Notes under the pieces: generated by a model | What the model saw: the letters and a program-made list of their open reading frames with translations, nothing else | Databases searched by the model: none | Told to the model about the DNA's origin: nothing | Shown: positions 1-13,136 of the stretch, in pieces | Numbering within the stretch: position 1 is the stretch's first letter | Layout: each line of letters opens with the position of its first letter | NCBI GenBank assembly: GCA_030390025.1 | Contig: CM059431.1 | Coordinates: forward strand, 129,458,001-129,522,000 | DNA from: Squalus acanthias | Lineage: Eukaryota | Reading direction: 5' to 3' | Length of the DNA stretch: 64,000 nucleotides | Translations under genes and position numbers: made by a program

Positions 1-1887
1 TCGGCGTTTTTCTCCAGCTTGTGAGAACCAGTTCTGTAAATTCATTATTTGTTGTGTTTGTTTCTAATTGTTTGTCCTGAATAAATGACACACACAGAAT
101 TTGTTAAATAAAAAGTTGTTGTATTCAAAATTTACATGTTTGGCCTTTGGAATCATTGCAGCTTTGGCCGGCTATAGGGGTTGCGGGTTGCTTTCCATGA
201 TGTTGTTCTCCATGCCAGAAGCCATCTTCTGAGTAGGGGCCTAGAAGCAGCTTGTTATCAGCCGTTGACGGACGGCCCTTGCAGTGGCAACATTGGTGCT
301 GCTGCTGATCATCCTCCTCATCCTCCTCTTCTCTTCCTCCTCTTCTTCCTCCTCCTCCTCCTCAGGTGGTGCACCAATCCATGGTGGCATTGGCTGGGTC
401 CTCAGGATTGCCAGGTTGTGAAACATGCAGCATACAACTATGAAGAGGGAGACCAGCTCAGGAGAGTACTGCAGGGCTCCTCCTGAGTGGTCCAGACAGC
501 GGAACGGTTGCTTGAGCATGCCGATCGTCTGCTCAATTATGTTCCTGGTGGCGATATGGCTCTCATTATACCGCAGCTCGGCAGGGGTGTTGGGGTTGCA
601 GAGCGGTGTCATCAGCCAGGTGCAGAGTGGATAACCCTTGTCCCCAAGGAGCCAACCACTTGGGTGATGCGCTGCCTGGAAAAGGTCTGGGCCAGGATGA
701 AAGTATCGTGGCTGCTGCCAGGATAGCGGGCATTGACGGTGAGTATGAGCTGTCTGTGGTCACAGACCAACTGCACATTTAAGGAGTGGTAGCCCTTGCA
801 GTTTCAGGAAACCTCTGCATTTTCATGCGGTGCCCGCAATGCCACTTGCGTGCAGTCAATGGCGCCCTGCACCATGGGGAAGCCCGCTATCCTAGCAAAG
901 CCACATGCGCGTTCATGCTGTTTGGCCCGGGTCATGGGAAAAGAGATGTACTGGCGTCTCCTTTTATAGAGGGCATTTGTCACCTCCCGGATACAGCAAT
1001 GGACAGCGAACTGGAAGATATTGGCGATGTCCCCAGTAGATGCTTGAAAGGAGCCGCTGGCATAAAAATTCAGAGCCACTGTCACCTTCACTGCCACCGA
1101 CAGACGTCATGGTCCTTAGTTGAGGCTGCAGATCTGGTTGCAGCAGGTGGCAGAGCTCAGTGACCACCTTCTTGCTGAAGCGCAGCCTGCGCAAACACTG
1201 CTCCTCAGACAAATGAATGTAGGAGAATTGCTCCCGGATTACCCTGGGAGGGTAAGGTCTCCTGTGCAGAGGCCTGTTGGCCCTCCTCCCTCTGGCCACG
1301 TTTGCCACTCTCCCTCTACGTCTCTGATGCCTCCGATTCTGCAGGTGCAGGACGAGGCCAAGTGCAGCCTCCATAGTCTCTTCTAAATCGATGCAAGGAA
1401 GGTCAAATCAAAAAGAACCTGCAAAGTGCTGCTCAGTACCCAAAACTCCTTCACACAGCGTTGAATCTCTCCTGAAGTCTCTCTCTCTCTCAGAATCTCT
1501 CTCTCTCTCTCTCTCAGAATGCATGGTGCAAAAAATGTCGCCGACAAAAAACGGCAGGAAGAGGCCGCCTTTAAAAAGCACTCCCCCAGCCCCTTCCTGA
1601 CAGCAAAACGTTCCCCTCTAACTGTCATTGCTCACGGCAGGCGGAAAGGCTGGGGGCGCCACTCAATAGCCGGTCCGGGACACTACCGGGGCGTTGCACG
1701 CTCGACTGACATCATGATCTGCGGGCGCAGGAGGTCGTGGCAGTAGTGTTTAGCGCCGCCGCAAATTGTCTGGTCAATTTCGCGAGCGGTGCAAACATCA
1801 CCGCTCCCGGGTGCTAGTTGCTTTGCGCCCCGTTAGCGCCCTAAGAGGGCGCTAACGGGAGGCGCTAATCAACCGAATTTTTCCCCC
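1..1887 (-). mobile_element. PIF/Harbinger DNA transposon, family A, truncated by the window start (transposase half)
   Basis: Reverse-complement homolog of 43958-~45830. It ends in TIR AACCGAATTTTTCCCCC at 1871-1887, has a subterminal 14-bp-arm hairpin at 1829-1859, and contains a disrupted transposase. Confidence 0.93.
241..1374 (-). pseudogene. Harbinger DDE transposase (HARBI1-like), disrupted
   Basis: Motifs RRPYPPRVIREQ, VTVALNFYASGSFQ, GAIDC (D), [16 protein letters not shown] (D) and [12 protein letters not shown] (E). Lesions are a 2-nt deletion at ~1103, a CGA>TGA stop at 804-806 and a 13-nt deletion at ~692. Confidence 0.92.
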
Positions 1888-2116
1888 TTTATGTTTTTAG
1901 TTAAAAGCAATCATGTTAATAGCAACCACTATTTTATAAAATGCTTTACACACAGTCCTTGATCAACTTTCTCAACAGTAATGCACATAAGATGGACACA
2001 ATCTGTGATATATAAGTGTATACTTCCCAGTGGGTGCTGATGTGAGCCAAATGTTGGTACCAACCTTTTTGCCCATATTTGTAAGTAGAGCAAAATATAC
2101 TTGATAATGTACATTA

Positions 2117-2557
2117 AGAAAGAAAGAATTTGCATTTATATAGTGCCTTTCATGACCTCAGGATATCCCAAAGTATTTCACAGCCAAAAAAGTACTTTTG
2201 AAGTGTAGTCACTGTTGTAATGCACACAGCAAGGTCCCACAAACAGCAATGGGATAAATAACCAATTTAACTGCTTTGGTAATATTGGTTTAAGGATAAA
2301 TATTAGCCAGGACACCAGGAGAACTCCTCTGCTCTTGTTTAAATAGTGCCATGGGTTCATTTACATCCACTTGAGAGGGCAAATAGGAACTCGGTTTAAC
2401 AACTCATCTGAAATATATCACCTCCAGCAGTGCAGCACTCCCTCAATACTGCACTGAAGTGTCAACCTAGATCATGTGCTCAAGTCTCTGGAGTGGGTTT
2501 GAACCCATGACCTTCTGACTCAGAGACAAGAGTGCCAACACAGAGCCAAGGCTGACA
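2117..2557 (-). mobile_element. tRNA-derived DeuSINE/SacSINE-like SINE
   Basis: tRNA-like head with B box (GGTTCAAACCC), Deu-type body and L2-like tail (GGCACTATATAAATGCAAATTC plus TTTC repeats). Homologous to 26381-26847 and 52873-53344. Confidence 0.85.
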
Positions 2558-2560
2558 CTA

Positions 2561-5500
2561 CTGTCCTAGGGGGAGTGTTTGCTAGTGCTGTTAGGGAGGG
2601 TTTAAACTGAAGTGGCAGGGGGTTGGGCACCTGAGCAGGGAGACAAAGGAAAGCGTGTCAGGAAGGGACAGAAGGTATGTAGTAAAAGGTAAAGTGTTAA
2701 AAAAGGAAAAAGCAGGAACTAAGTGTCACAAAACATATTTGGGAAGTTCTTTATCTGAATGCACGTAGCATTCGTAACAAAATGGACGAGTTAACGGCAC
2801 AAATCACTACGTATGGGTATGATCTTGTGGCCATTACAGAAACATGGCTGCAGGGTGACAACGACTGGGAACTAAATATGCCAGGGTATTTAACAATCAG
2901 GAAGGACAGGCAGGAAGGAAGGGGAGGTGGGGTGGCTATGTTAATAAAGGAAGGAATCACTGTAATACAGAGAAATGATATTGGGTCAAAGGATCAGGGT
3001 AATGAAACAGTTTGGGTGGAGATAAGGAATAATAAGGGGGAAAAAAACACTAGTGGGAGTAGTATATAGGCCTCCTAATAGTTGCAACTCTGCTGGAAGA
3101 AGTATTAATCAGGAAATAGTTGGGGCATGTAATAAGGGAACAGCTATAATTATGGGGGATTTTAACTATCATATTAACTGGACAAATCAAATTGGGCAGG
3201 GCAGCCTTGAGGAAGAGTTTATTGAGTGTATTAGGGATGGATTTCTTGAGCAGTATTAACTGATCCTACAAGGGGGCAAGCAACCTTGGACCTGGTCCTG
3301 TGTAATGAGTCAGGATTAATTAATAATGTCCTAGTTAAGGATCCCCTTGGAATGAGTGACCATAACATGGTTGAATTCCATATCCAATTAGAGGGTGAGA
3401 AGGTTGGTTCTCAAACAAGCGTACTGAGCTTGAATAAAGGAGACTATGATGGTATGAGAGCGGAATTGATTAAAGTGGACTGGGAAAATAGATTAAAGGG
3501 TAAGACGGTACATGAGCAGTGGTGTTCATTTAAGGAGTTATTTTACAACTTTCAAAAGAAATATATTCCACTGAGGAAAAAAGGGTGTAAAAGAAATGAC
3601 AGCCATCCGTGGCTAAGTAAAGAAATTAAGGATAGTATCCGACTAAAAACAAGGACATATAAGGTAGCCAAACTTAGTGGGAGGATAGAAGATTGGGAAG
3701 TCTTCAAAAGACAGCAAAAGGTAACTAAAGGATTGATTAAGAAAGGGAAGATAGATTATGAAAATAAATTAGCAAAAAATATAAAAACAGATAGCAAGAG
3801 TTTCTATAGTTATATAAAAAGAAAAAGGGTGGCTAAGGCAAACGTAGGTCCCTTAGAGGATGAGACCGGGAAATTAATGGTGGGAAACATGGAGATGGCA
3901 AAAATGCTGAACAAATATTTTGTTTCAGTCTTTACGGTAGAGGACACTAAGAATATCCCAACACTGGACAAACAGGGGGCTCTAGTGGGGGAGGAGCTAA
4001 ATACGATTAAAATCACTAAGGAATTGGTACTCAGTAAAATAATGGGACTCAAGGCGGATAAATCCCCATGACCTGATGGCTTACATCCTAGGGTCTTGAG
4101 GGAAGTGGCAGTAGGGATTGTGGATGCTTTGGTAATAATTTTCCAAAATTCCCTGGACTCAGCAAAGGTCCCGGCAGATTGGAAAACTGCTAATGTAACA
4201 CCCTTATTTAAAAAGGGTAGTAGGCAGAAGGCTGGAAATTATAGACCAGTTAGCCTAACATCTGTGGTGAGTAAAATTTTGGAGTCTATTATTAAGGAGA
4301 CAGTAACGGAACATTTAGATAAACATAATTTAATAGGACAAAGTCAGTATGGCTTTATGAAGGGGAAGTCATGTCTGACAAATTTGCTTGAGTTCTTTGA
4401 GGACATAACGTACAGGGTGGATAAAGGGGAACCAGTGGACGTAGTGTATTTAGACTTCCAGAAGGCATTCGACAAGGTGCCACATAAAAGATTATTGCTC
4501 AAGATAAAAAATCACTGGATTGGGGGTAATATTCTGGCAAGGGTGGAGGATTGGTTATCTAACAGGAAGCAGAGAGTTGGGATAAATGGTTCATTCTCGG
4601 ACTGGCAACCAGTAGCCAGTGGTGTTCCGCAGGCATCGGTGCTGGGTCCCCAACTCTTTACAATCTATATTAACGATTTGGAGGAGGGGATCGAGTGTAA
4701 CATATCAAAGTTTGCAGATGATACAAAGATGGGAGGGAAAGTAGAAAGTGAGGAGGACATAAAAAACCTACAAGGGGATATAGACAGGCTGGGTGAGTGG
4801 GCGGAGATTTGGCAGATGCAATACAATATTGGAAAATGTGAGGTTATGCACTTTGGCAGGAAAAATCAGAGAGCAAGTTATTATCTTAATGGCGAGAAAC
4901 TGGAAAGTACTGCAGTACAAAGGGATCTGGGGGTCCTAGTGCAAGAAAATCAAAAAGTTAGTATGCAGGTGCAGCAGGTGATCAAGAAGGCCAACGGAAT
5001 GTTGGCTTTTATTGCTAGGGGGATAGATTATAAAAACAGGGAGGTATTGCTGCAGTTATATAAGGTATTGGTGAGACCGCACCTGGAATACTGTGTACAG
5101 TTTTGGTGTCCATACTTAAGAAAAGACATACTTGCTCTCGAGGCAGTACAAAGAAGGTTCACTCGGTTAATCCCGGGGATGAGGGGGTGGACATATGAGG
5201 AGAGGTTGAGTAGATTGGGACTCTACTCATTGGAGTTCAGAAGAATGAGAGGCGATCTTATTGAAACATATAAGATTGTGAAGGGGCTTGATCGGGTGGA
5301 TGCGGTAAGGATGTTCCCAAGGATGGGTGAAACTAGAACTAGGGGGCATAATCTTAGAATAAGGGGCTGCTCTTTCAAAACTGAGATGAGGAGAAACTTC
5401 TTCACTCAGAGGGTAGTAGGTCTGTGGAATTTGCTGCCCCAGGAAGCTGTGGAAGCTACATCATTAAATAAATTTAAAACAGAAATAGACAGTTTCCTGG

Positions 5501-5752
5501 AGGTAAAGGGAATTAGGGGTTACGGTGAGTGGGCAGGAAATTGGACATGAGGCTGAGTTCGGATCGGTCAGGGCCCTGTGGGTGGCGGAGCGGGCCCAGG
5601 GGCTGAGTGGCCGGGTCCTGCTCTTACTTCTTGTGTTCTTTAGATTTGAGGTGAGGATCAGATCAGCCATGATCTTATTGAATGGCGGAGCAGGTTCGAG
5701 GGGCCGATTGGCCTACTCCTGCTCCTATTTCTTATGTTCTTATGTTCTTATG
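2561..5752 (+). mobile_element. CR1-clade LINE, 5'-truncated in ORF1 with ORF2 complete in length
   Basis: End of ORF1 (..VFASAVREGLN*), then APE endonuclease and RT, a 3' UTR and a (TTCTTATG)n tail. Confidence 0.95.
2746..5550 (+). pseudogene. CR1 ORF2 (endonuclease-reverse transcriptase), lightly disrupted
   Basis: Motifs YLNARS, AITETW, VYRPP, GDFN, SDHN, NYRPVSLT, LDFQKAFDKVPH, GVPQ, FADD and RGHNL. Frameshifts at ~3045 and ~3257 and a stop at 4069-4071. The 4096-5550 stretch is open (484 aa). True start not determined. Confidence 0.93.
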
Positions 5753-5774
5753 TACATAAGATCTGGTACTGGTA

Positions 5775-5996
5775 TATATCATAAGGTTCCACTCCCAGAG
5801 CAGTGCTTCACCTGCAGGAGCTCAGATCGGGCAATCAAGTATAGAGATTAGCACACATGATTTGTGGCACTTCTGATTTTCCAGTGAATCACCAGAAAAT
5901 CAGGAGTGGCACAAATCAGGCATCTTGACCTCCATGATCGCTGTCCCATTAAGTGAGGCTCTGCACCAGAAACACAGCCTTACAAAATTTACCCTC
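5775..5996. mobile_element. Old palindromic MITE remnant
   Basis: Central hairpin at 5858-5918 (TGATTTGTGGCACTTCTGATTTTC / GAAAATCAGGAGTGGCACAAATCA) and a TIR-like end AAAATTTACCCTC. Confidence 0.5.
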
Positions 5997-6109
5997 ATAT
6001 GAATATCAGCATATAACATTTTCACAATCAAATGTGATTGTTATACCTACCTTCATTGTCAACACTGCCTGTTGGCTGTCAAATATTGGCATCATTAATA
6101 TTGTTTTCC

Positions 6110-6810
6110 ACAAGCTATAAGTAACACAAATGAGTAAACTGACAGTTTTTACCCAGTGTACACCTCAAATTGATGGTTAGTATTTAGCAATGAATGCAAT
6201 ATCTTTATGCATTCTCATCTTGATTAAAACATTAAGCAACAGTTCCATGGAATCCCTTCTAAAACCTTTGTTGAGAGAATATTAGCTACTGATGCACCTT
6301 TATGTTCAAGTCAGGTAACCCAAAATCTTTTTATCATTCACTTCTCATATAAATATGGGAAAATTTGACTGCTTTCAGGTTAGTACTTCTTTTCATTGTG
6401 ATACTAAATGATAATTTCTCCATGGCAATGATATTTTTCAGTATCCCACTGTGCTTGCTTGTGCAAAGTATTTGACATCTTAGTTGGATCTCATTCTCAT
6501 TTTGCTCAAATGATTGAATCAGGAAAAACTTATTTTTTCTTACCAAGTATCCAGCATGATCAGCAATTTTCAGTGGAATATTGTATTTGACAATGAAATC
6601 TATTAAAACAAAACATGAAGAAGAAACCCCTCAGAACATACAGTGCTGTAATCATTGTCAGATCTCATGAAACCAGTTATTTTCACATCACTTGTGAATA
6701 CATCAAAGCATGTTTTCATCTTCAAGTGTGTCTCGTAATCCTTTCACCCACCATGAGAATCATAGATTATTTTTTCATATCTGACAATAAACATAATGCT
6801 CATCCAATTA
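6110..6810 (-). pseudogene. Ancient hAT-like DNA transposase fossil with N-terminal BED-type zinc finger
   Basis: Ordered minus-strand remnants across frames: YCQI.. / SHGG..RH..KH (BED-like), FIVKYNIPLKIADHAG, FPDS..PTKM, FSI, IPWNCC and CQFTHL. Multiple stops and frameshifts. Confidence 0.62.
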
Positions 6811-6929
6811 TTGTTTATTATTACCTGAGACACTACTTTGTTTCATTTCTCCTAGTTTGTTTTTTGTGTCTTCACACTCTTCCCTTGGAGAGAATAGTGG
6901 AGTAGTGGAAGGATTTGCAGGCTGATTAA

Positions 6930-7126
6930 AAGTCTAACAGGCAACAATATGAATGCTCCATCCATGGCTGTAACCATCATTATACCAGCTGATCAGGAGG
7001 GTAGTCCCACACAGCAGGTGGATTTTATGGGCCTCCATAACCCATACAATAAAGGAAGGCTGCCCACTCCCACTGAACCCTGTACCTTCCGACTCAGAGG
7101 CAGGAAAGCTACCACTAGCCAAAGGC
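6930..7126 (-). mobile_element. Old tRNA-derived SINE remnant
   Basis: Minus-strand head AGCCTTTGGCTAGTGGTAGC..GCCTCTGAGTCGGAAGG..GGGTTCA resembles the heads of the other SINEs in the window. Confidence 0.5.
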
Positions 7127-8617
7127 TCGCTCTATGTCTCTTAGTAATACTTTGTTTCATTAGTACTAACAATTGCTATTATGGTGAGATTCACCAGCAT
7201 CCATTCTTATTAGTAGGCTATTTATTTTTTGTAAATATTTTTCCATTTCATCATTCAGCCTTTATTTTGTGGAAACTGCAACAATCTCATGATAAATTTG
7301 TCATTCTTCTATTTATTTGATTATTGCCAGCAGTACACATTTGGCCGTTTTTTATTTTTCCGTGCTTTAAGGTACAGTAAAATATAAACATAATTTTTAG
7401 TCTACCTAAGCCAACAAAATAAAGTAAACTGGTGATTTATTTGAATTAAATATTAGTTCATTTATTAAGACAATTATGAGAACTATGCCTGTAATAGACA
7501 GGACATTGTTCATTAATTAACTGGTAAGATACACAAAATATGAATATTTGTAACCTGAGCACTGAGGTAAAATGGGAGATTGAATGTAATATTTTGCATT
7601 TGTGAAATAAAAGGGGTCCTATTCCTAATTTTGCTAAGTTCAGGTAAATAATAGTCATGAGTAAGAGGTGGTGGAATGTTGCTATAAATGGTTAAAGGGC
7701 TGAATCTGAGGATTTCTACCCCCCTCCCCAAAAAACAGTAAAATATTATTTAATAAAAGCTAATTTTCACTTGTTAAGAATATTAAGGAGGGATTCTTGC
7801 AGTATTCTTCAGTTTCATAGTGAAATCAAAAAGTGAATATTTTACTCTAATTCAGACCAGTTCACCAGAGTAATGACAGGAGGGAATAGTACACAGCAGT
7901 TTTTTGCATCGGTCATTGATGGGTGTATCACAGTGGAGCAGTAGGAAGAAGAAGAAGAGGAGAGGCCATTAATGCAAAGGACACAGGAGGCGCACAACTC
8001 ACAGTGAGTCCACAGCAACAGACTCAACCGGCTGGGCAAAGGAGAAGTCCATGAGGACCTCAGGCTCACCAAGGTAGCAGTGACTTAGGTACACAAAAAC
8101 CTGCAGCTACAGTCAGCCATCTGCCCTAGGGTGTTAGTAGTGATGCTCCACTTCACCTCAGCACCTTTGAGTTAGAGAAAAGGAAATCAGTCATGGCTTC
8201 CATTACTGATCATTATTAAATGATTCTGGCTGGAATGTGTATATGTATGGACATTGGATGAGGATAGGATTGGGCTCAACTGTGATGTACTCCATGGTTA
8301 CATAGTCTGTTGACACTTACTGTTGTGTACTATCTCCAAATGTGTTACAATAGTTGGGCGTTACTTAACTAATATTAACCCAGTATAGACCAGTTATGTG
8401 TCAAGGTTTAGAAAAAAGAATCCCAAGAACAGAGGAAACAGAAACAGAGAATTTTTCCTTTTTCTTTTCCATGTAATGCTCATTCAATTACAAACTATTT
8501 GATAACTACATTTGTTACACTAGTTAATAAACAGAGAATCTCACGATAGCACTGGTTTAATCGTAAGTGAAGTCTTCTTTCTTCTTTGTCTGGCAGTCTC
8601 TCAACCAATTATTTTAA

Positions 8618-8745
8618 CTCAGTATTTGGTCATCTGCCCTAATATCTCCTTATGTGGCTCAGTGTCAAATTTGGTTTTATAACGCTCCTGTCCTGGGACA
8701 TTTTACTACGTTAAAGGTGCTATATAAACGCAAGTTGCTGTTTTG
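8618..8745 (+). mobile_element. L2-clade LINE 3' end fragment
   Basis: Matches the reverse complement of 51703-51850 and ends ..TACGTTAAAGGTGCTATATAAACGCAAGTTGCTG. Confidence 0.75.
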
Positions 8746-9299
8746 TTATTGGTACAGTAAATACCAGCTACAGCTATCTATAAGAGTTTAGAAAAGGGAT
8801 CAATAGTACTGGTTGAATTGGAAGTGAAGTCTTTAAAAAAAAATTCTGGTGGTCTCTCACTTCAGGCTAGGACGCAACCTTTGGATGTTTTTTTCCTTCA
8901 GTAGGTCCAGACCATGGCTGCTCTCCACTTGGAAGGTTAGCTCTATTTATGTCCCATTTGTTTATTACAAAGTTCTGCCAATTTAGACAGTCTTATCTGC
9001 TGATCCTTAGAACAGATGTATAAGTTTTAATTATTACAATTTTAACAATGGGATTCAGCTCAACTCAGATATTTGCAAGTGATTCATTCCACTTCCTTGT
9101 TAGTCTGTCTGAAGGTTCCTTTAATTGAATTCAGTGTTAATTAGTGTTCCTTTCAAGGTTGTTTCTAAAAAAGCTTTTTGTTTCATTGGGGTTACAGTTT
9201 CATGGACTCCCATCAGTTCAAGCACTCATTCTTACAATTCACAATCAGCCTCAAGCAATAAATTATATTCAGCAAAATTAAAGCATAACTTCGCTGAGC

Positions 9300-12150
9300 A
9301 ATAAGAAACATATAGGAGTGGAAAAGAGGAATAAGGTGAGTGTGTTGGATAGTACTAGAGAAGAAAGTAGTACTAGAGGTGGAAGTAGTACCATATTAGA
9401 TAGGAGCAAACTTAGAAAGACTATGAAAAATTCAAAAATGGATTTAGAATGCATGTACATAAACGCACAGAGTGTGGTGAATAAGGTTGGTGAGCTACAA
9501 GCACAATTAGCCGTGTGGCAATATGATGTTGTGGCAATAACGGAAACGTGGCTTAAAAATGGTGAGATTGGGCACTTAATATTCCAGGGTACAAGGTGTT
9601 CAGAAAAGATAGGGAAGTAAAAAAGGGAGGTGGGGTGGCAGTGCTGAATAAGGAAGACATTGTAGTGTTGGAAAGGGAGGATGTTCTTGAGGGAACAAGG
9701 ACAGAATTAATTTGGTTAGAGTTGAGGAGCAAAAATGGTATGATCACAATATTGGGGGTATTCTATAGGCCTCCAAATAGTGAGAGGGAGGTAGAGGAGC
9801 AAATCTGCAGGGAAATCGCAGAGATATGCAAGAGCTAGAGTGGTGATTTTGGGGGACTTTAATTACCCAAATATCGATTGGGATAATGCTAGGGTAAAGG
9901 GAAAGGAGGGGGAGGAATTTCTGAAATGTGTTCAGGAGAATTTCCTTGACCAGTATGTTCTTGGCTCAACTAGGAAGGAGGCATTGCTGGAACTGGTGCT
10001 GGGGAATGAGGTGGGCCAGGTCGACCAAGTGTCTGTGGGAGAACACTTGGGTACGAGTGATCATCGTATCATAAGATTTAGATTAGCAATGGAGAGGAGC
10101 AAGGAACAATCTAGAGTGGAACTTTGAAACTCGAATAGGGCTAACTTCAATGGGATGCGAAAGGATCTAGCCTGAGTAAAATGGAACCAAAGACTGACAG
10201 GAAAAACTGTAACAGAACAATGGGTGATCTTTAAGGAGGAGATGTCCAAGTACAGGCTAGGTACATTCCAACAAGAGGAAAGGGTAAAGGAACCAAAGCA
10301 AGGGCTCCTAGGATGACGAGGGAGATAGAGAAGATGATGAAACAAAAAAAGAGGGTGTGTGATGCATGTCAGGTGAATTCTTCAAGGGAGAATCAGACCA
10401 AATACAATAAGTTGAGAGGGGAAGTGAAGCTAAAAATAAGATTGGCAAAGAGAGAATATGACAGTAGAATGGCGGTTAACATAAAAGGGAACCCAAAAAT
10501 CTTCTACCGGCATGTAAACAGTAAGCGGGTAGTAAGAGGTGGGGTGGGGCCAATTAGTGACAAAGAAGGTGATATATGCTTAGAGGCGCAGGGAAAGGCT
10601 AGAATACTCAATGAGTACTTTGTATCGGTGTTTACTAAGGAGGTGGATGCTGACAAAATATCGGTAGAAGTGTAAAAGGTAGAAGCAATGGAAGGGGTGA
10701 AAATTGATAGACAGGATGTACTAGAAAGGCTGGGTATGCTTAGAGAGGCTACGTCGCCTGGTCCAGATGGCTTGCATCCCAGGTTGCTAAGGGAATTGGG
10801 GGAGGAGATAGCGGAAGGGCTTGCCATAATTTTCTAATTTTCCCTAGATGCGGGGGTGGTGCCTAAGGATTGGAAAGTGGCAAATGTGACACCATTGCTC
10901 AAGAAAGGGTGTAAGAAAAATCCTAGTAACTACAGGCTGGTCAGTTCAACATCAGTGGTGGGTAAAGTTTTAGAAACAATAATCAAGGAAAACATTAACG
11001 GGCACTTGGAGAGGTTTAAGCTAATTAAGGAGAGCCAACACGGATTTGTAAGAGGCAGATCATGTTTGACTAATCTAATTTAATTTTTTGATGAAGTAAC
11101 AGGGAGGATTGATGCAGGGAATGCAATGGATGTTCTCTACATGGATTTTAGGAAGGCATTTGACAAAGTACCACATAGAAGGCTGGTTAACAAAATTGAG
11201 GCTCATGGAATAGGTGGGTCAGTGGCAGCTTGGATAAGGAATTAACTTAAGGATAGAAAACAGCGAGTTGTGGTAAATGGCTGTTTTTCAGACTGGAGGA
11301 TGGTAGACAGTGGTGTTCCCCAAGGGTCAATGCTGGGGCCACTGCTTTTTTTGACATATATATAAATGACCTGAATATTGGAATACAGAGTAGAATTTCT
11401 AAATTTGCCGATGACACCAATCGTGGGGGTGTGGCAAACAGTGAGGAGGATAGCAATCGACTGCAACAGGACATAGAAAGGCTAGTAGAATGGGCAGACA
11501 AGTGGCAGATGGAATTTAATAGAGAGAAGTGTGTGGAGATGCATTTTGGCAGAAGGAACAGGGAGAAGCAATATACACTTAATGGCACAGTTTTAAAGAG
11601 TGTGCAGAGACAGAGGGATCTGGGAGTTAATATGCATAGATCCCTGAAATGGCAGGACATATTGAAAGAGTGGTTAACAAAGTATATGGGATCTTGGGCT
11701 TCATAAATAGAGGTATTGAGTACAAAAGTAGAGAAGTTATGTTGAACCTTTATAAAGCGCTGGTTAGGACACAACTGGAGTATTGCATCCAGTTCTGGTC
11801 ACCACACTTTAGGAAGGATGTGAAGGCCCTTGAGAGGGTACAGAGGAGATTTACCAGAATGGTTCCAGGGATGGGGGATCTTAGCTACTAGGACAGGTTG
11901 GAGAAGCTGGATTTGTTTTCATTAGAACAAAGGAGGTTGAGGGGTGATTTGATAGAGGTGTACAAGATTATGACGGGTTTGGATAGGCTAGATGGGGAAA
12001 GGCTGTTCCCACGAGTTGATGGTACAAGGACGAGGGGACACAGATTTAAGGTTTTGGGCAAGAGATACAGGGGGGTTGTGAGGAAAACTTTTTTACGCAG
12101 AGAGTGGTGATGACCTGGAACTCGCTGCCGACAGAAGTGATGGAAGTGGA
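9300..12150 (+). mobile_element. CR1-clade LINE (second family), ORF2 fragmented, 3' end deleted
   Basis: EN motifs (INAQSV, AITETW, YRPPN, GDFN, SDH) and RT motifs across many short ORFs. Same family as 60773-63318. Confidence 0.93.
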
Positions 12151-12151
12151 A

Positions 12152-12647
12152 TAGCGCAGCGTGACCCGGGATCAACTGGGCCACCAGGGATTGGAGTGCC
12201 GGCAAAAGAGCCCGGTACTCAAGAGAAGTGCCGGGCTCACGGAGTGCAGCCGGCACTCCGCGGGGGGGGGGCTGCTCAGAAGGCCGGGGACGGCAAAGCG
12301 GGCAGGTGCTGGCAGGCGGCCAGCAACAAAAATGGCTGCCCAGCACATTCCCTTTAAGTTGCGCTGCCCGGGCCACAGGTAGGCCCCCCTGACCCCGTTG
12401 GACATAACGTCCGGAGGTAAGTCAGGGGGCGCTACCGAAGATCGCGGCTGGGGCGCTGTGCACGGCAATGACATCATCACCGGCGGCGCAGCACCGCGGG
12501 GCGCTAACAGTTACCGCCGCCGCTAACTTCCCGCTGAATTTCGCAGGAGGCGTTGGCGGCGCCGCGCCCAGGCACTAGTTGCTTTGCACCCCGTTAGAGC
12601 CCTCTTAGGGCGCTAACGGGAGGCACAAATCAACCGAATTTTCCTCC
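12152..12647. mobile_element. Harbinger-type non-autonomous element, one end only
   Basis: GC/CpG-rich. Its last ~80 bp match the family A terminus (..CAACCGAATTTTCCTCC). It is followed directly by the CR1 tail ATGACTCTATGA. Confidence 0.8.
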
Positions 12648-13136
12648 ATGACTCTATGATATAAAATACAATTCTACATCACAACACTGTCCAGGTTCAT
12701 ATTTGATGAATAGATATTGTGAGGAACCAGAGGATTGCTAGCATCTTTAGAACTTTACCCTAGCATAAGTCAGTGCTTTTACGGATGAGGAAAAATTGGA
12801 AGGAGAAAAAATAAACAAAAAATAACAGTGTGAGTGCAAATCAATGATTTTTTTGTCTATGAAGAATTGCACTTGCAATTGTAGTGGTGTCCTAAATCAC
12901 TGTACAGACCATTCTGGTCGAAACAAAAAATGCTATAAGTTTGCATATAAGTCTAAACATTCTGTTTTACTACCCCCATTGATCTGTCTGCCCTGAGACT
13001 GGAAGCTTATGTTTTGTATCTTGGCTTAAGAGTATGGATTACTATCGTATTAAGCTATTTCTAATACTGTTATCTTAATGAACTTCCTTGTGTTAAGTTC
13101 CTTTATGCCAAGGAAATTCCTTCTTAACAATGAAAA

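Noticed and set aside
2107..5761. ATGTACAT(T)AAGA at both outer ends of the head-to-head SINE plus CR1, suggesting one chimeric insertion
   Set aside because: The SINE looks much more diverged than the CR1. The match is short and AT-rich, and it overlaps both tails.
6051..6599. Two apparent minus-strand exons (6599-6544 and 6114-6051) that splice to a frame with an in-frame TGA, suggesting a selenoprotein
   Set aside because: The upstream piece is better explained as part of the hAT-like fossil, which continues through the supposed donor. I recognised no selenoprotein motif or SECIS element.
7856..8003. Exon-like segment with acceptor, GAA-rich tract and GTGAGT donor
   Set aside because: All three frames contain stops and the peptide is not recognisable.
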